The position numbers were made by a program, and so were the translations under genes. A stretch of DNA of 64,000 bases from a virus, in the IMG/VR virus record IMGVR_UViG_3300025840_000011; one strand, written 5' to 3'. Shown in pieces: positions 27,913 through 37,298 of the stretch (position 1 is its first letter; every line of letters starts with the position of its first letter). The notes below the pieces were generated by a model that had not been told where the DNA came from, did not search any database, and saw only the letters and a program-made list of their open reading frames with translations.

Positions 27913-28476
27913 ATGAAAATTGGACTCACTCAACGAGTCCTCACGTTTCCTAACACTGGAATAGTTCATGACGCTTTAGAACATGGTTGGTACAAGTTCC
28001 TAAAGGGTCATGAACTCATTCCTATCCCAAATCGTGAAGACTTAGATTATGAAACCCTCTCAGACGAATTGGATCTACTCATCATAACAGGTGGGCGGAA
28101 CGACGATATTCGTATCATCACAGAAGTAGGGATCGCCACAGAGATGGTGACCGAAGGTAAACCCGTACTTGGTATTTGTCACGGGGCGTTTCTACTCACC
28201 TCAATTCTGGGTGGATACGTCGAAGGTGATAAAATTAAGGAACAACACTACATAACAGAACACAACGTTTTTTATGATGGAAGACCTTACTGGGTCAATA
28301 GTTATCACGATATCTGGATTGCAGAACCACCGCCCGGATCTGTAGTACTTGCAACTGATCCAGAGGGAGACTGTGAATCGTGGTATAAAAACAACATTGG
28401 TGCGATAGTATGGCATCCAGAAAGAATGGAGAAACCCTTCATTCCGACAGAGATTTTAGAGGTGACAGGATTATGA
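27913..28476 (+). CDS. Class I glutamine amidotransferase/peptidase C26 (Cj1417-like gamma-glutamyl hydrolase)
   Basis: IGLTQR, TGG, LGICHG nucleophile, NSYH, WHPER. Confidence 0.8.
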   Translation: MKIGLTQRVLTFPNTGIVHDALEHGWYKFLKGHELIPIPNREDLDYETLSDELDLLIITGGRNDDIRIITEVGIATEMVTEGKPVLGICHGAFLLTSILGGYVEGDKIKEQHYITEHNVFYDGRPYWVNSYHDIWIAEPPPGSVVLATDPEGDCESWYKNNIGAIVWHPERMEKPFIPTEILEVTGL

Positions 28477-29165
28477 AGAACAACATGTTCCATCTCCATC
28501 ACGGTGAAACGTTTCAGGTAAACGATATCTGGAGATATGACGTTCAGGTGTGGAAAGGACAATACGAAGAAGTGTCGGAAGGTTGGCAGGACCATAACAG
28601 TTATGTGATGGGCAAGTCTTGCAACTTTCGAAGTAACAACAGTGGGTGGAGTATCAAAGACTCGAACTTCGCCGCTTCGGTGAACTCAGGGTTTCAGGCA
28701 GAAACACTGGATGAGGACTCCACACTAGTCAACATCAAATACTATGGACTTGGGATGAACGACGAACGTTTGTTTGTACCCAACGCCCGTGGTGTAACAG
28801 GTAATCTATCCTACATGGATGGTGGTACTAACACCACCGCAGTCAATCCGGGCCGATTAGGACTTCCGGTCATCAACTACGTGCACTTCCCCAAAGGAAT
28901 GCAACAAACACTCCATACTCACCCAAGTCAACGTATCGGTCTTATCCTCAGTGGATCCGGTCAGATCGAACTTGACAACAACGAAGTGTTCCCCATTAAC
29001 AGGGGTGACGTTTGGGTTATGGAAAGAAACGTTCTACATAATTTTATGTGTAACAAAGGTGAAGACGTAACCCTTTTCGTGTTTGCGCCTGACTCTGGTA
29101 CAGGCCCAACAGATGAAGTTAACCCATTGAAGGTACGTACCTATGTCGGACAACAACGAGTATAA
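28473..29165 (+). CDS. Cupin-domain protein
   Basis: QTLHTHPSQRIGLILSGSG...LHNF. Confidence 0.75.
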   Translation: MKNNMFHLHHGETFQVNDIWRYDVQVWKGQYEEVSEGWQDHNSYVMGKSCNFRSNNSGWSIKDSNFAASVNSGFQAETLDEDSTLVNIKYYGLGMNDERLFVPNARGVTGNLSYMDGGTNTTAVNPGRLGLPVINYVHFPKGMQQTLHTHPSQRIGLILSGSGQIELDNNEVFPINRGDVWVMERNVLHNFMCNKGEDVTLFVFAPDSGTGPTDEVNPLKVRTYVGQQRV

Positions 29166-29814
29166 CCGAAACAGACCAATCGGAAAACACATTCTATTGG
29201 TCACAGGCCCACAGGGTTCTGGTAATCACTTATTCAGTAAAATCCTTGGTCTCAGCGAACATGTCTATGGTTGGGACTTTGGAGAGAAGTATTGGATTCC
29301 GAGTGATGAGGAACCCTTTGCAGAATGTTGGGTCAATCCGGAACTGACCGTTCCTACCCTAGAGAAGATCAAAGAGGACTACGTTGTCGCAAACGTCAGT
29401 GTCCCATTTGTCTTTGACGGAGAGAAACGAATTCCCGCCATTCAGGAGTTCGTTGATGAAGCCAAGAGTGCGGGTCATAGAGTAACTGTTTGTATCGTCT
29501 CTCGTGACCGTAACATCAACTGTCTTCAACAGGAAAGGGTAAGGGACGAAATAACCCTACCTACTGCGATGGCGTACTATCGTTGTCTTGATTGCGACTT
29601 TGCGTTTCTATCCCACGAAACTTTATACCTACATAAAGGTATGTACTTAAAGTATTTGTCGAGGACTCTAGGATTTCCTATTGACTACGACAACCCAAGA
29701 GTGTATGATATACTGGTAGAAGATCAGAATAACAAATATGTAAAATATGTTGAGGAGCACTGGTTAGATAATGAAGTCTGGAAAGGTCTTAGACCCAAGT
29801 CTGAAAGAAAATAG
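29143..29814 (+). CDS. Divergent sulfotransferase/P-loop-fold protein
   Basis: TGPQGSGNHLFSKIL; IVSRD; LSHETL. Confidence 0.5.
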   Translation: MSDNNEYNRNRPIGKHILLVTGPQGSGNHLFSKILGLSEHVYGWDFGEKYWIPSDEEPFAECWVNPELTVPTLEKIKEDYVVANVSVPFVFDGEKRIPAIQEFVDEAKSAGHRVTVCIVSRDRNINCLQQERVRDEITLPTAMAYYRCLDCDFAFLSHETLYLHKGMYLKYLSRTLGFPIDYDNPRVYDILVEDQNNKYVKYVEEHWLDNEVWKGLRPKSERK

Positions 29815-30385
29815 GTATATCCTATTCACAGGTGCGCCAGGCTCTCGTTGGTCTGGTGTGTCTAATAACATTTGGATCGCACCCGACTTCGATCACACCG
29901 ACTCTACACCTGAACGAAAATACACACACAACAACGGACTGGTTCATGGTGGTGCATACTTTGACCCCATGATGGAGTTCGACTTTGATCCCTCAAACTG
30001 GGACTTGCCATTTAGTGGTGAAGGTGTCCGGTTGATCAAGTCACACACACTTTCAACCCAACTACAGAACTTTCACAAGTACCGGATTATTCTGGTCTAT
30101 CGAAACGACTATGAGTGTTGGAAGTGGTGGAATGAGTGTGGAGGTTTTGATATAACCTACCCGAACTACGCTTGGTACAAAAATCAAGAAAACATGTTTG
30201 ACCAGATTCAAAGACAGAATCAGGCGATAATGCAATTCATATATAAGAACGAAAATAAAGTAACTCAATGTGATAACAACTTAGAGGTTCTGAAGTTACT
30301 TGACCTAACTTGGAAATTAGATCCTTCGGTCATAACAGATGAATACTCTAAGAAGGATGTGAAAGTTTATGTCTACAGACCTTAA
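29771..30385 (+). CDS. Divergent sulfotransferase/P-loop-fold protein
   Basis: TGAPGSRWS; LIKSH; IILVYRN. Confidence 0.5.
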   Translation: MKSGKVLDPSLKENRYILFTGAPGSRWSGVSNNIWIAPDFDHTDSTPERKYTHNNGLVHGGAYFDPMMEFDFDPSNWDLPFSGEGVRLIKSHTLSTQLQNFHKYRIILVYRNDYECWKWWNECGGFDITYPNYAWYKNQENMFDQIQRQNQAIMQFIYKNENKVTQCDNNLEVLKLLDLTWKLDPSVITDEYSKKDVKVYVYRP

Positions 30386-30923
30386 TCCACACATGGATTT
30401 TTTGAAGGATTATTTTACTAACACGTGGCCTAGTTCCAGAACCGCTGGTTTAGATGGTTACTACTGGACTGGGTTTCGACTGATTGATGAAGTGAAAAGA
30501 GAAGAAAGGGTATTAGATGTCGGTTGCGGAGTCAATCCTTTTAAGCGTCATATTGATCTACTCCACGGTATCGATATTACTGATATAGGTGCGGATGAAG
30601 TATGTCCGATTGAAGACTATGAAGTTGTCGATATGTACGAGGATAAATATGACGTTGCATTCTGTCTGGGTAGTATCAACTTTGGATCGTATGATCTTGT
30701 TGAATTGCAATGCAAGAGAGTGTGTGAGGCACTAAAGGAAAAATCTAGGATCTACTGGAGGTGCAATCCGGGCCACAGAGATCATGGTAATGATAGGGTA
30801 GGTGAGATACCCTTCTTCAACTGGACGATAGATCATCACATCGATCTATCAAGAAAGAACGGGTTTGAGGTGACCGAATTGATGCCTGACAGGAATAGGA
30901 TGTACGTGAAATGGGAACGTTAA
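30369..30923 (+). CDS. Class I SAM-dependent methyltransferase
   Basis: VLDVGCG, GID, YDVAFCLGSINF. Confidence 0.8.
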   Translation: MSTDLNPHMDFLKDYFTNTWPSSRTAGLDGYYWTGFRLIDEVKREERVLDVGCGVNPFKRHIDLLHGIDITDIGADEVCPIEDYEVVDMYEDKYDVAFCLGSINFGSYDLVELQCKRVCEALKEKSRIYWRCNPGHRDHGNDRVGEIPFFNWTIDHHIDLSRKNGFEVTELMPDRNRMYVKWER

Positions 30924-31561
30924 GAGAATTATTCGACAAGTGGGATTGCGACAAAGGTACTAAGAAACACTGTTACGACAACTGTTACGAGCAGTATTTC
31001 TGGGACGTGAAGGATGACCAACTCAATCTTCTTGAGATTGGTTGTTTTCGGGGGGAGAGTACTGCCGCATTTTTGGAATATTTTCCTCATGCGACTATTT
31101 ACACAATCGACATCTTTGAGAGGACTCATCCCGATAGTCTTGATGTCCTGAAGGATGAACGTGTGAAGTGGTTGAAGTATGATAGTTGTCACGCCGCACT
31201 GCCGAATGCAATCCGTAGGATGTGGGGTAACGATATCAAGTTTGACTTTATTATCGATGATGGTGCACACTGGCCTGAAGCGAACCGAAAGACTTTCGAA
31301 AACTGTTTCCCGTTTCTAAAACAAGACGGGGTGTACTTCATCGAAGACGTTTACATGTTAGATCGGGATTATGCCGCTAACGACCCTTGGGTAAAGAAAC
31401 AACCCGATAGGTACAAGATCGGAGAACACATCCGATTGATGAACACCATCGATAAGTACGATGTCAAACACTATGACTACCACGAACGTGAGTACATGCA
31501 TCTGGGGGCGATATGTAGAAATCCCGACTCTTATATCTTAAGGGTAATGCATGGATCGTAA
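30911..31561 (+). CDS. Sugar O-methyltransferase-like (MycE/Methyltransf_24-like)
   Basis: DKG..HCY, LLEIG, IIDDGAH, GVYFIED. Confidence 0.8.
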   Translation: MGTLRELFDKWDCDKGTKKHCYDNCYEQYFWDVKDDQLNLLEIGCFRGESTAAFLEYFPHATIYTIDIFERTHPDSLDVLKDERVKWLKYDSCHAALPNAIRRMWGNDIKFDFIIDDGAHWPEANRKTFENCFPFLKQDGVYFIEDVYMLDRDYAANDPWVKKQPDRYKIGEHIRLMNTIDKYDVKHYDYHEREYMHLGAICRNPDSYILRVMHGS

Positions 31562-32240
31562 ACTCTTCATACACATCCCCAAAAACGGTGGTATGACTCT
31601 CCGCAGAAATGTGGAGTTACGCAAACGTCTGATACTTGCACACCCGACTCACCATTGTAATAGGACATACACCAAACGTCTCGAAGAAAAGATGCGAGCC
31701 ACGGGTGATGATATGGGGTACGAACACGCCCGATGGAGAGACGTGGATAATACGATAAGAAACACCTATAAGTCTTTTGCGATAGTTCGAAACCCTTGGG
31801 CAAGAGTTGTATCTCGTTACTGGTTTGCAAAGAAGGTCATTGAGGTCGAATACAATTCGAACGTCTACGGTAACAAAGAGTATGCGGATGTATCATCCTT
31901 CGAAGCGTTCCTTGAGGAACGTCACAAGTGGGGTGGTGAAGAATTTATGTGGCATCGTGCAGTGCGGGGTTGGTATCCCGCATACGATCACGTGTGTGAC
32001 AAAGAGGGTAATGTAAGGTGCGACATCCTTCGGTTTGAGAACTACAACGATGATATCAAAGCCTATTTCAAGGTACTGTTCGATCCGGAACCTCGTAACG
32101 TAACAGGACTCTTGACAGACCCCTATCAGTCCATGTATAATGATAAGACTATACAGGTAGTTGCGGACTGGTACAGGAAGGACATTGACTACTGGGGGTT
32201 CGACTTTGATACAGGGGCGACTAAGAACTACTGGCGATGA
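31551..32240 (+). CDS. Sulfotransferase (Sulfotransfer_2-like)
   Basis: FIHIPKNGGMT, VRNPWARVVS, LRFEN. Confidence 0.85.
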   Translation: MDRKLFIHIPKNGGMTLRRNVELRKRLILAHPTHHCNRTYTKRLEEKMRATGDDMGYEHARWRDVDNTIRNTYKSFAIVRNPWARVVSRYWFAKKVIEVEYNSNVYGNKEYADVSSFEAFLEERHKWGGEEFMWHRAVRGWYPAYDHVCDKEGNVRCDILRFENYNDDIKAYFKVLFDPEPRNVTGLLTDPYQSMYNDKTIQVVADWYRKDIDYWGFDFDTGATKNYWR

Positions 32241-33181
32241 ACTTGGTAGAAAGAATACGTATGGCGAATGAGATAGAAAATGCAGAACCCACGGTTACCG
32301 ATTTAGATGGTGACCGTCATATTAAAGCAGTCATCATCTCTCTGTTCCATAACGCAGCTGCGACACACGCAACTCGTAACCTCTTAAAGAGTATTGAGAT
32401 AACGGGTTCGAAGATCAATCCGGTTGTGATGGATGCCACTACACCCACCACACTGGGTAAAGGAATGGGTGAGATTTATTACCTCAAGGGTAAACACCTT
32501 CAGTGGACTTGGCCTGCAACACCAGAAACAAGTGGGTTGGATCTTGCAACCGGACTGTACAAGAAAGCGTATATCGCCAACGATCAGAACAAAGTCATTG
32601 CATGTATGGTATCTCACATGAGAGCCTGGCAGTACTGTATTGACATGAACGAACCTGTTATGGTTCTGGAACAGGACGCCCTGTTTATTCGCAAGTTTGT
32701 GTGGAAGGACATCTCAGATCCCGAACCACTTAGACTAACAACGGACTGGTTTGATAGGTGGAACGACACAAAGGAGATGATGGTCACAGGATGGGATATT
32801 CCTAAAAGAAGACAGGTCATGGATGAGTGTTTGTCCAGAGAACCTATTGGTAGTTTTGCGGGAGGTATCCTTGGACTCAACAGTCCTATCGGTGCAACAC
32901 GCAAGGCATCTGTTTTCCACAATGCGTTGTTTGGTAAGTATGGGTTCCATAAGGTTCCCTCTGTTGATCAGATCGGAGACGATCCTCTACCTCAAGGTCT
33001 TGCAGGAAACTCTGCATACATCATCAAACCTTGGGCCGCAAAGAAACTCCTAGATAAAGTGAATGAAATTGGAATGTGGCCTAACGATGCACTGATGTGC
33101 AAACAGTTCTTCCCTTGGATGCAAGTGATGTGGCCTTATTACACTGTAGTGCAGGGAGTGAAGTCTACTACAACAGGATAG
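32237..33181 (+). CDS. Glycosyltransferase family 25-like
   Basis: ACMVSHMRAW, VLEQDA, AYIIKPWAAKKLL, PNDA. Confidence 0.8.
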   Translation: MNLVERIRMANEIENAEPTVTDLDGDRHIKAVIISLFHNAAATHATRNLLKSIEITGSKINPVVMDATTPTTLGKGMGEIYYLKGKHLQWTWPATPETSGLDLATGLYKKAYIANDQNKVIACMVSHMRAWQYCIDMNEPVMVLEQDALFIRKFVWKDISDPEPLRLTTDWFDRWNDTKEMMVTGWDIPKRRQVMDECLSREPIGSFAGGILGLNSPIGATRKASVFHNALFGKYGFHKVPSVDQIGDDPLPQGLAGNSAYIIKPWAAKKLLDKVNEIGMWPNDALMCKQFFPWMQVMWPYYTVVQGVKSTTTG

Positions 33182-33183
33182 TT

Positions 33184-33837
33184 ATGAAGAGTTTTGTTAT
33201 CACTATTATGGACAATCCTAAGTCCGTCGAGTCCGCAGATCGATGTATCGCAAGTGCAAAAAAGATCGGGTTACAGGTCGAGAAGTTCAAGGCGATTACT
33301 CCAAACGATAGTCCCTTCTCAATCGCAAAGAGTGAGGGTATAGACCCTGATGGTTTCTCTGAGGTTTATTCTCGACACGCAAACTGTCTGTCTGCGTTCC
33401 TGTCACACTATTCTCTGTGGAAGAAGTGTTTACTTGAAATCGGTCAACCTATAGTCATCTTTGAACATGATGCAGTTGTGATCAATGAGTTACCCGCATC
33501 TAATATTTTTAAGGGGGCAGTAAATCTGGGTGCACCTAGTTACGGTAAATTCAATCAACCCTCTTTCTTTGGTATGGGTCCACTCACAACTAAGAGATAT
33601 TTTCCCGGCGCCCATGCGTATATGGTAAACCCTAAAGGTGCGGAAGCGTTCATAAGAACCGCAAAAATATCTCCAAAACCCACCGATGTTTACCTAAATA
33701 TAGATACATTCCCTTGGTTGCAAGAACATTACCCCTTCGTCGCAAAAGCAGATGATAGTTTCACAACCATACAAAAAGAAGAGGGATGTCTCGCAAAACA
33801 CAACTATGGTGAAGGATATGTCATCGAGAATTTATAG
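33184..33837 (+). CDS. Glycosyltransferase family 25-like
   Basis: FLSHYSLW, IFEHDA, GAHAYMVNP, PTD. Confidence 0.8.
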   Translation: MKSFVITIMDNPKSVESADRCIASAKKIGLQVEKFKAITPNDSPFSIAKSEGIDPDGFSEVYSRHANCLSAFLSHYSLWKKCLLEIGQPIVIFEHDAVVINELPASNIFKGAVNLGAPSYGKFNQPSFFGMGPLTTKRYFPGAHAYMVNPKGAEAFIRTAKISPKPTDVYLNIDTFPWLQEHYPFVAKADDSFTTIQKEEGCLAKHNYGEGYVIENL

Positions 33838-34579
33838 AAAAGTCACGTTCGGTACACCACCGGCAGAACCACCTTATAGGTTACCGGACGATTTTCCGGA
33901 AGCGAACCTAATGCCTCGTTCTCTTTGGTTAGAGAACAGAGAATCGAACATCCAAGTGACTACCGAAGGTGGTCAAATATTAACCTTTATCTGGAACCCC
34001 AATACTGGGATGGATAGAATCAAATCTTGGTTGTTCGAACACATTAGAAAATTTCGAATTGAAGATTTCTCCACAACCGATACCATGTATCAAACGCAAT
34101 CGGAGTTCGCCGCCACGTTGACGGATAACAATGTGTTGGATGGTCTGGGTACAACAATCACGGTAGTCAGAGACCCCTACACTAGGATACGTGAACAATA
34201 CGAACAGTGGCACAGAGGTAACGCAACGTCCACAGATCCGGATAGAAAACGTTTTGCAAATCACAGTTTTAACAGATTCATCGAAACTGAGATCCCTTGG
34301 AGACACGGCCGGTTCTTAGAACAAAAGAGATTTGTCGAACCCGCTGACATTGTGTTGAAGTATGAGGATCTAGAAGAAGAGTTTATGTCTAAGGTTGTTG
34401 TGCCTTACTTCGATACCTCGTTCGGGGGACTAAGAACCCTACCGAAGGTTGACCTACGGGGCGCACTAGACGATAAGAGTTTTTTGTTAGAGTGCAGTGA
34501 CATGACCATCTCATATATAAACCAGTACGATGAGTATGTGTTCAATGGAGATTATGGGTATAACACACATGTTGGATAA
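33818..34579 (+). CDS. Divergent sulfotransferase-like protein
   Basis: FIWNPNTGMD (degenerate PSB), VVRDPYTR, LKYEDL. Confidence 0.55.
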   Translation: MSSRIYRKVTFGTPPAEPPYRLPDDFPEANLMPRSLWLENRESNIQVTTEGGQILTFIWNPNTGMDRIKSWLFEHIRKFRIEDFSTTDTMYQTQSEFAATLTDNNVLDGLGTTITVVRDPYTRIREQYEQWHRGNATSTDPDRKRFANHSFNRFIETEIPWRHGRFLEQKRFVEPADIVLKYEDLEEEFMSKVVVPYFDTSFGGLRTLPKVDLRGALDDKSFLLECSDMTISYINQYDEYVFNGDYGYNTHVG

Positions 34580-35231
34580 GACTTTCCTTACGGGTTGTGA
34601 CGAAGTGACCGAATGGCAGTTGCCTTGGTTCATCCGCAACTATTTTGAAAATAATGACACGCACCTGTTTGTGTGTGACTTTGGTATGAGTGAAGACATG
34701 GCGGACTTCGTTGACAAACTCGAAGAGAATGTCACTCGTTATGAAATCAAGACAGAGGCGGTGGGGTGGTTCAAGAAACCTCGCGCCATGTTGGATATTT
34801 CCTTCCAGTCAAAGAAGTCTTGTTGGCTTGATACGGACTGTGAGATATTCGATAACATCGACAGTATCTTCGAACACACTGTTCCTTTCAAAATAAGTAT
34901 GTGTGAAGACAGACCGTGGACTCGAAGACGGGGTGAACATGGAATGTGGTACAACTCTGGAGTAGTCGTATTCGAAGGAACACCCAACATCCTACGTGCA
35001 TGGGCGTCTGAGTGCATCAACAAACCTATACAGGGAGATCAAGAAACTCTCTATGCAATGTTCGCTGGTGACGATATTGCAAAGATGGCAGTCATAGAAC
35101 CGTTACCGCATAAATACAATACACTACGGTTAGACTACATAGATAATATCGCAGTAAAGAACCCTCTGATTGTACACCACACTGGTAAGAAGGGTAAGGA
35201 CTTGATCAGGGAGATCATGCAGAATGTTTAG
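34569..35231 (+). CDS. GT-A glycosyltransferase
   Basis: GWFKKP, WLDTD, YNSGVV, GDQE, HHTG. Confidence 0.75.
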   Translation: MLDKTFLTGCDEVTEWQLPWFIRNYFENNDTHLFVCDFGMSEDMADFVDKLEENVTRYEIKTEAVGWFKKPRAMLDISFQSKKSCWLDTDCEIFDNIDSIFEHTVPFKISMCEDRPWTRRRGEHGMWYNSGVVVFEGTPNILRAWASECINKPIQGDQETLYAMFAGDDIAKMAVIEPLPHKYNTLRLDYIDNIAVKNPLIVHHTGKKGKDLIREIMQNV

Positions 35232-35628
35232 TAAAATTTTACTTGGAGTTGTTCTCGCAATGGGCGCTGGTGGTTACATCTACTACAATACCACCGAAAC
35301 CAAGATTAACACCTTGGAGGCAAGAGCGATAACTCAGGCGAATGAAATCAACGCACTAAAGATTGCACAACAAGAACAGGTCAACACCATCGAGGCGTTA
35401 CAGGTTAACCTAGAAAGACAGACAACCGCACTCAATGATATGACCCAACGTAACAACGAGATCGAACAGGAAAAACAGAGATATCTCGACATCTTTGCAC
35501 GTCATGACCTTGCAAGACTTGCAGCTGCCAAACCAGGCCTAATTCAAACACGTATTAATAGGGGAACAAAAGATGTCTTTGACACCATTGAAGCTGAGTC
35601 TGCTTTTATTGACAACCTTGATAACTAG
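35224..35628 (+). CDS. Inner-membrane spanin (Rz-like)
   Basis: N-terminal TM, coiled coil, AAKPGLIQTRIN; overlaps lipoprotein gene. Confidence 0.75.
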   Translation: MFSKILLGVVLAMGAGGYIYYNTTETKINTLEARAITQANEINALKIAQQEQVNTIEALQVNLERQTTALNDMTQRNNEIEQEKQRYLDIFARHDLARLAAAKPGLIQTRINRGTKDVFDTIEAESAFIDNLDN

Positions 35629-36007
35629 TGGTTGTGCGAGTTTTCTTGGGGGACCGAAGATTCCCGCCCCCGCCCCTGTAGAGATTCGTACCGTTGAGGT
35701 ACAGATTCCTATCGTTCACCCCACTATGCCCCGTGCGATTGATCTGAAGGATCCGCAGTGGTATGTGGTGTCTGATGAAAACCTAGACACATTCCTAGAT
35801 GAGATTAGGGATATGAATAATGGTGGTGTTGTATTCGTTGCCATGTCAGTAGGTGATTACGAACTCATGTCTTACAACATGCAAGAGATTCGTAGATATG
35901 TTAATCAGTTGAAAGAGGTTGTGGTATACTACCGAACCGTCAACACCAAAGAAGATAAGGAAGAAGAAGATGGTGTCGAAGAGAACAGTGATTCTGGAAA
36001 GTCTTAG
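35573..36007 (+). CDS. Outer-membrane spanin lipoprotein (Rz1-like)
   Basis: Lipobox LITSGC, Pro-rich segment. Confidence 0.75.
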   Translation: MSLTPLKLSLLLLTTLITSGCASFLGGPKIPAPAPVEIRTVEVQIPIVHPTMPRAIDLKDPQWYVVSDENLDTFLDEIRDMNNGGVVFVAMSVGDYELMSYNMQEIRRYVNQLKEVVVYYRTVNTKEDKEEEDGVEENSDSGKS

Positions 36008-36182
36008 GGTACACGCCGAAGGACAGATTGCGTTACACAAGGCGAACGTTGAAATTTATCTAGATAACCCTGCGGGTATCGGAGAACATTCGGATGTTAT
36101 GCAAGCGATTGAGTCTGAACTCCACAAGATTGCAGAGTGGGAAGACCAGTTGTTTGTCCTAGAAAAATATTTCGGAGAGTGA
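35970..36182 (+). CDS. Conserved T4-like hypothetical protein
   Basis: ANVEIYLDNPAGIGEHSD motif. Confidence 0.65.
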   Translation: MVSKRTVILESLRVHAEGQIALHKANVEIYLDNPAGIGEHSDVMQAIESELHKIAEWEDQLFVLEKYFGE

Positions 36183-36183
36183 T

Positions 36184-36666
36184 GTGTACGAGTATCGAGC
36201 AAGACTAAAGAGGGTTGTTGATGGAGACACCGTGGATGTCGATATTGATTTGGGCTTTGGGATTTGGCTTCATAACGAGCGTGTTCGTATTATGGGAATT
36301 GATACACCAGAATCCCGAACTAGAGACAAGGTTGAAAAACTTTTCGGCCTCGCTGCAAAGAAAAGAGTAAAAGAACTACTTGGGAAGAACCCCAAGTTGA
36401 AGACTATCGCCGCAAAAGACGGTGAGGATATGAAAGGTAAGTATGGTCGAATTCTTGGGGACTTCGAGGTCTACTACGGACCCCAAGATCGTTGGATGCG
36501 ACTGACCGAAGTCCTAGTACTAGAGGGACACGCCTGCGCCTATAATGGTGGTAGTAAGGAACAAATTAGAATCCGACATCTAGAAAACCGACAAAAACTT
36601 CTTGACGAAGGTGTGGTTAATAGAGTACAATACGACAAGTTAAATCCCAACAAATTAAGGATGTAA
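36184..36666 (+). CDS. Thermonuclease (SNase) family
   Basis: VVDGDT, GIDTPESRT, GKYGRILG. Confidence 0.85.
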   Translation: MYEYRARLKRVVDGDTVDVDIDLGFGIWLHNERVRIMGIDTPESRTRDKVEKLFGLAAKKRVKELLGKNPKLKTIAAKDGEDMKGKYGRILGDFEVYYGPQDRWMRLTEVLVLEGHACAYNGGSKEQIRIRHLENRQKLLDEGVVNRVQYDKLNPNKLRM

Positions 36667-36667
36667 T

Positions 36668-37297
36668 ATGCGAGTTAACGTATTGGGGAATGGTGATTCC
36701 GCCTTTATGTTCAAACGTGGGACTGCCGGTAAACTGTTGATCTGCAACATGCCACCCTTCGAAATTCCACGTAATGAGGTTTATGCGACATGCATGGTAG
36801 ACTTCAAGATGATGAAGGCCCTACAGGATGGTCAGATTCGTCTTGACATGTATGACTGGGTACTGGGTGCGAGACCAAGAAAGTGGATGGAGATGCAACC
36901 ATCTTTCTATCTCAAGTACTCGCAGAACATTAAGGGGTTTCATCAAAACATTCCCCGATACGCACAACTGCCTGGCCAGAGTGAAGGACAGGCGGCAACG
37001 AACTACTCGTGTGGACACATGGCTGTGGACTATGCGTGTAGAGCATTGAAAGCCGATGAAGTTCACATATACGGATTCGACTCAATGTTTGATTTAAATC
37101 TACGGTCCTCTACGGACCTCATACTTGAGAGTGACCGGAGTGTTGGAAATACTCACAGACTCGCCAGTAATTGGAGACCAATCTTTACGAAGATTTTTCA
37201 AGAGTTCAAGGGTACGAATTTTTACTTACATAACACTCACAAGAATATTAAAATCGCTATCCCTGATAACGTAACCATAACCACAGAGGAAAACTAA
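36668..37297 (+). CDS. Sialyltransferase/DUF115-like Rossmann protein
   Basis: VLGNGDS...CN...SCGHMA...IYGFD. Confidence 0.55.
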   Translation: MRVNVLGNGDSAFMFKRGTAGKLLICNMPPFEIPRNEVYATCMVDFKMMKALQDGQIRLDMYDWVLGARPRKWMEMQPSFYLKYSQNIKGFHQNIPRYAQLPGQSEGQAATNYSCGHMAVDYACRALKADEVHIYGFDSMFDLNLRSSTDLILESDRSVGNTHRLASNWRPIFTKIFQEFKGTNFYLHNTHKNIKIAIPDNVTITTEEN

Positions 37298-37298
37298 A

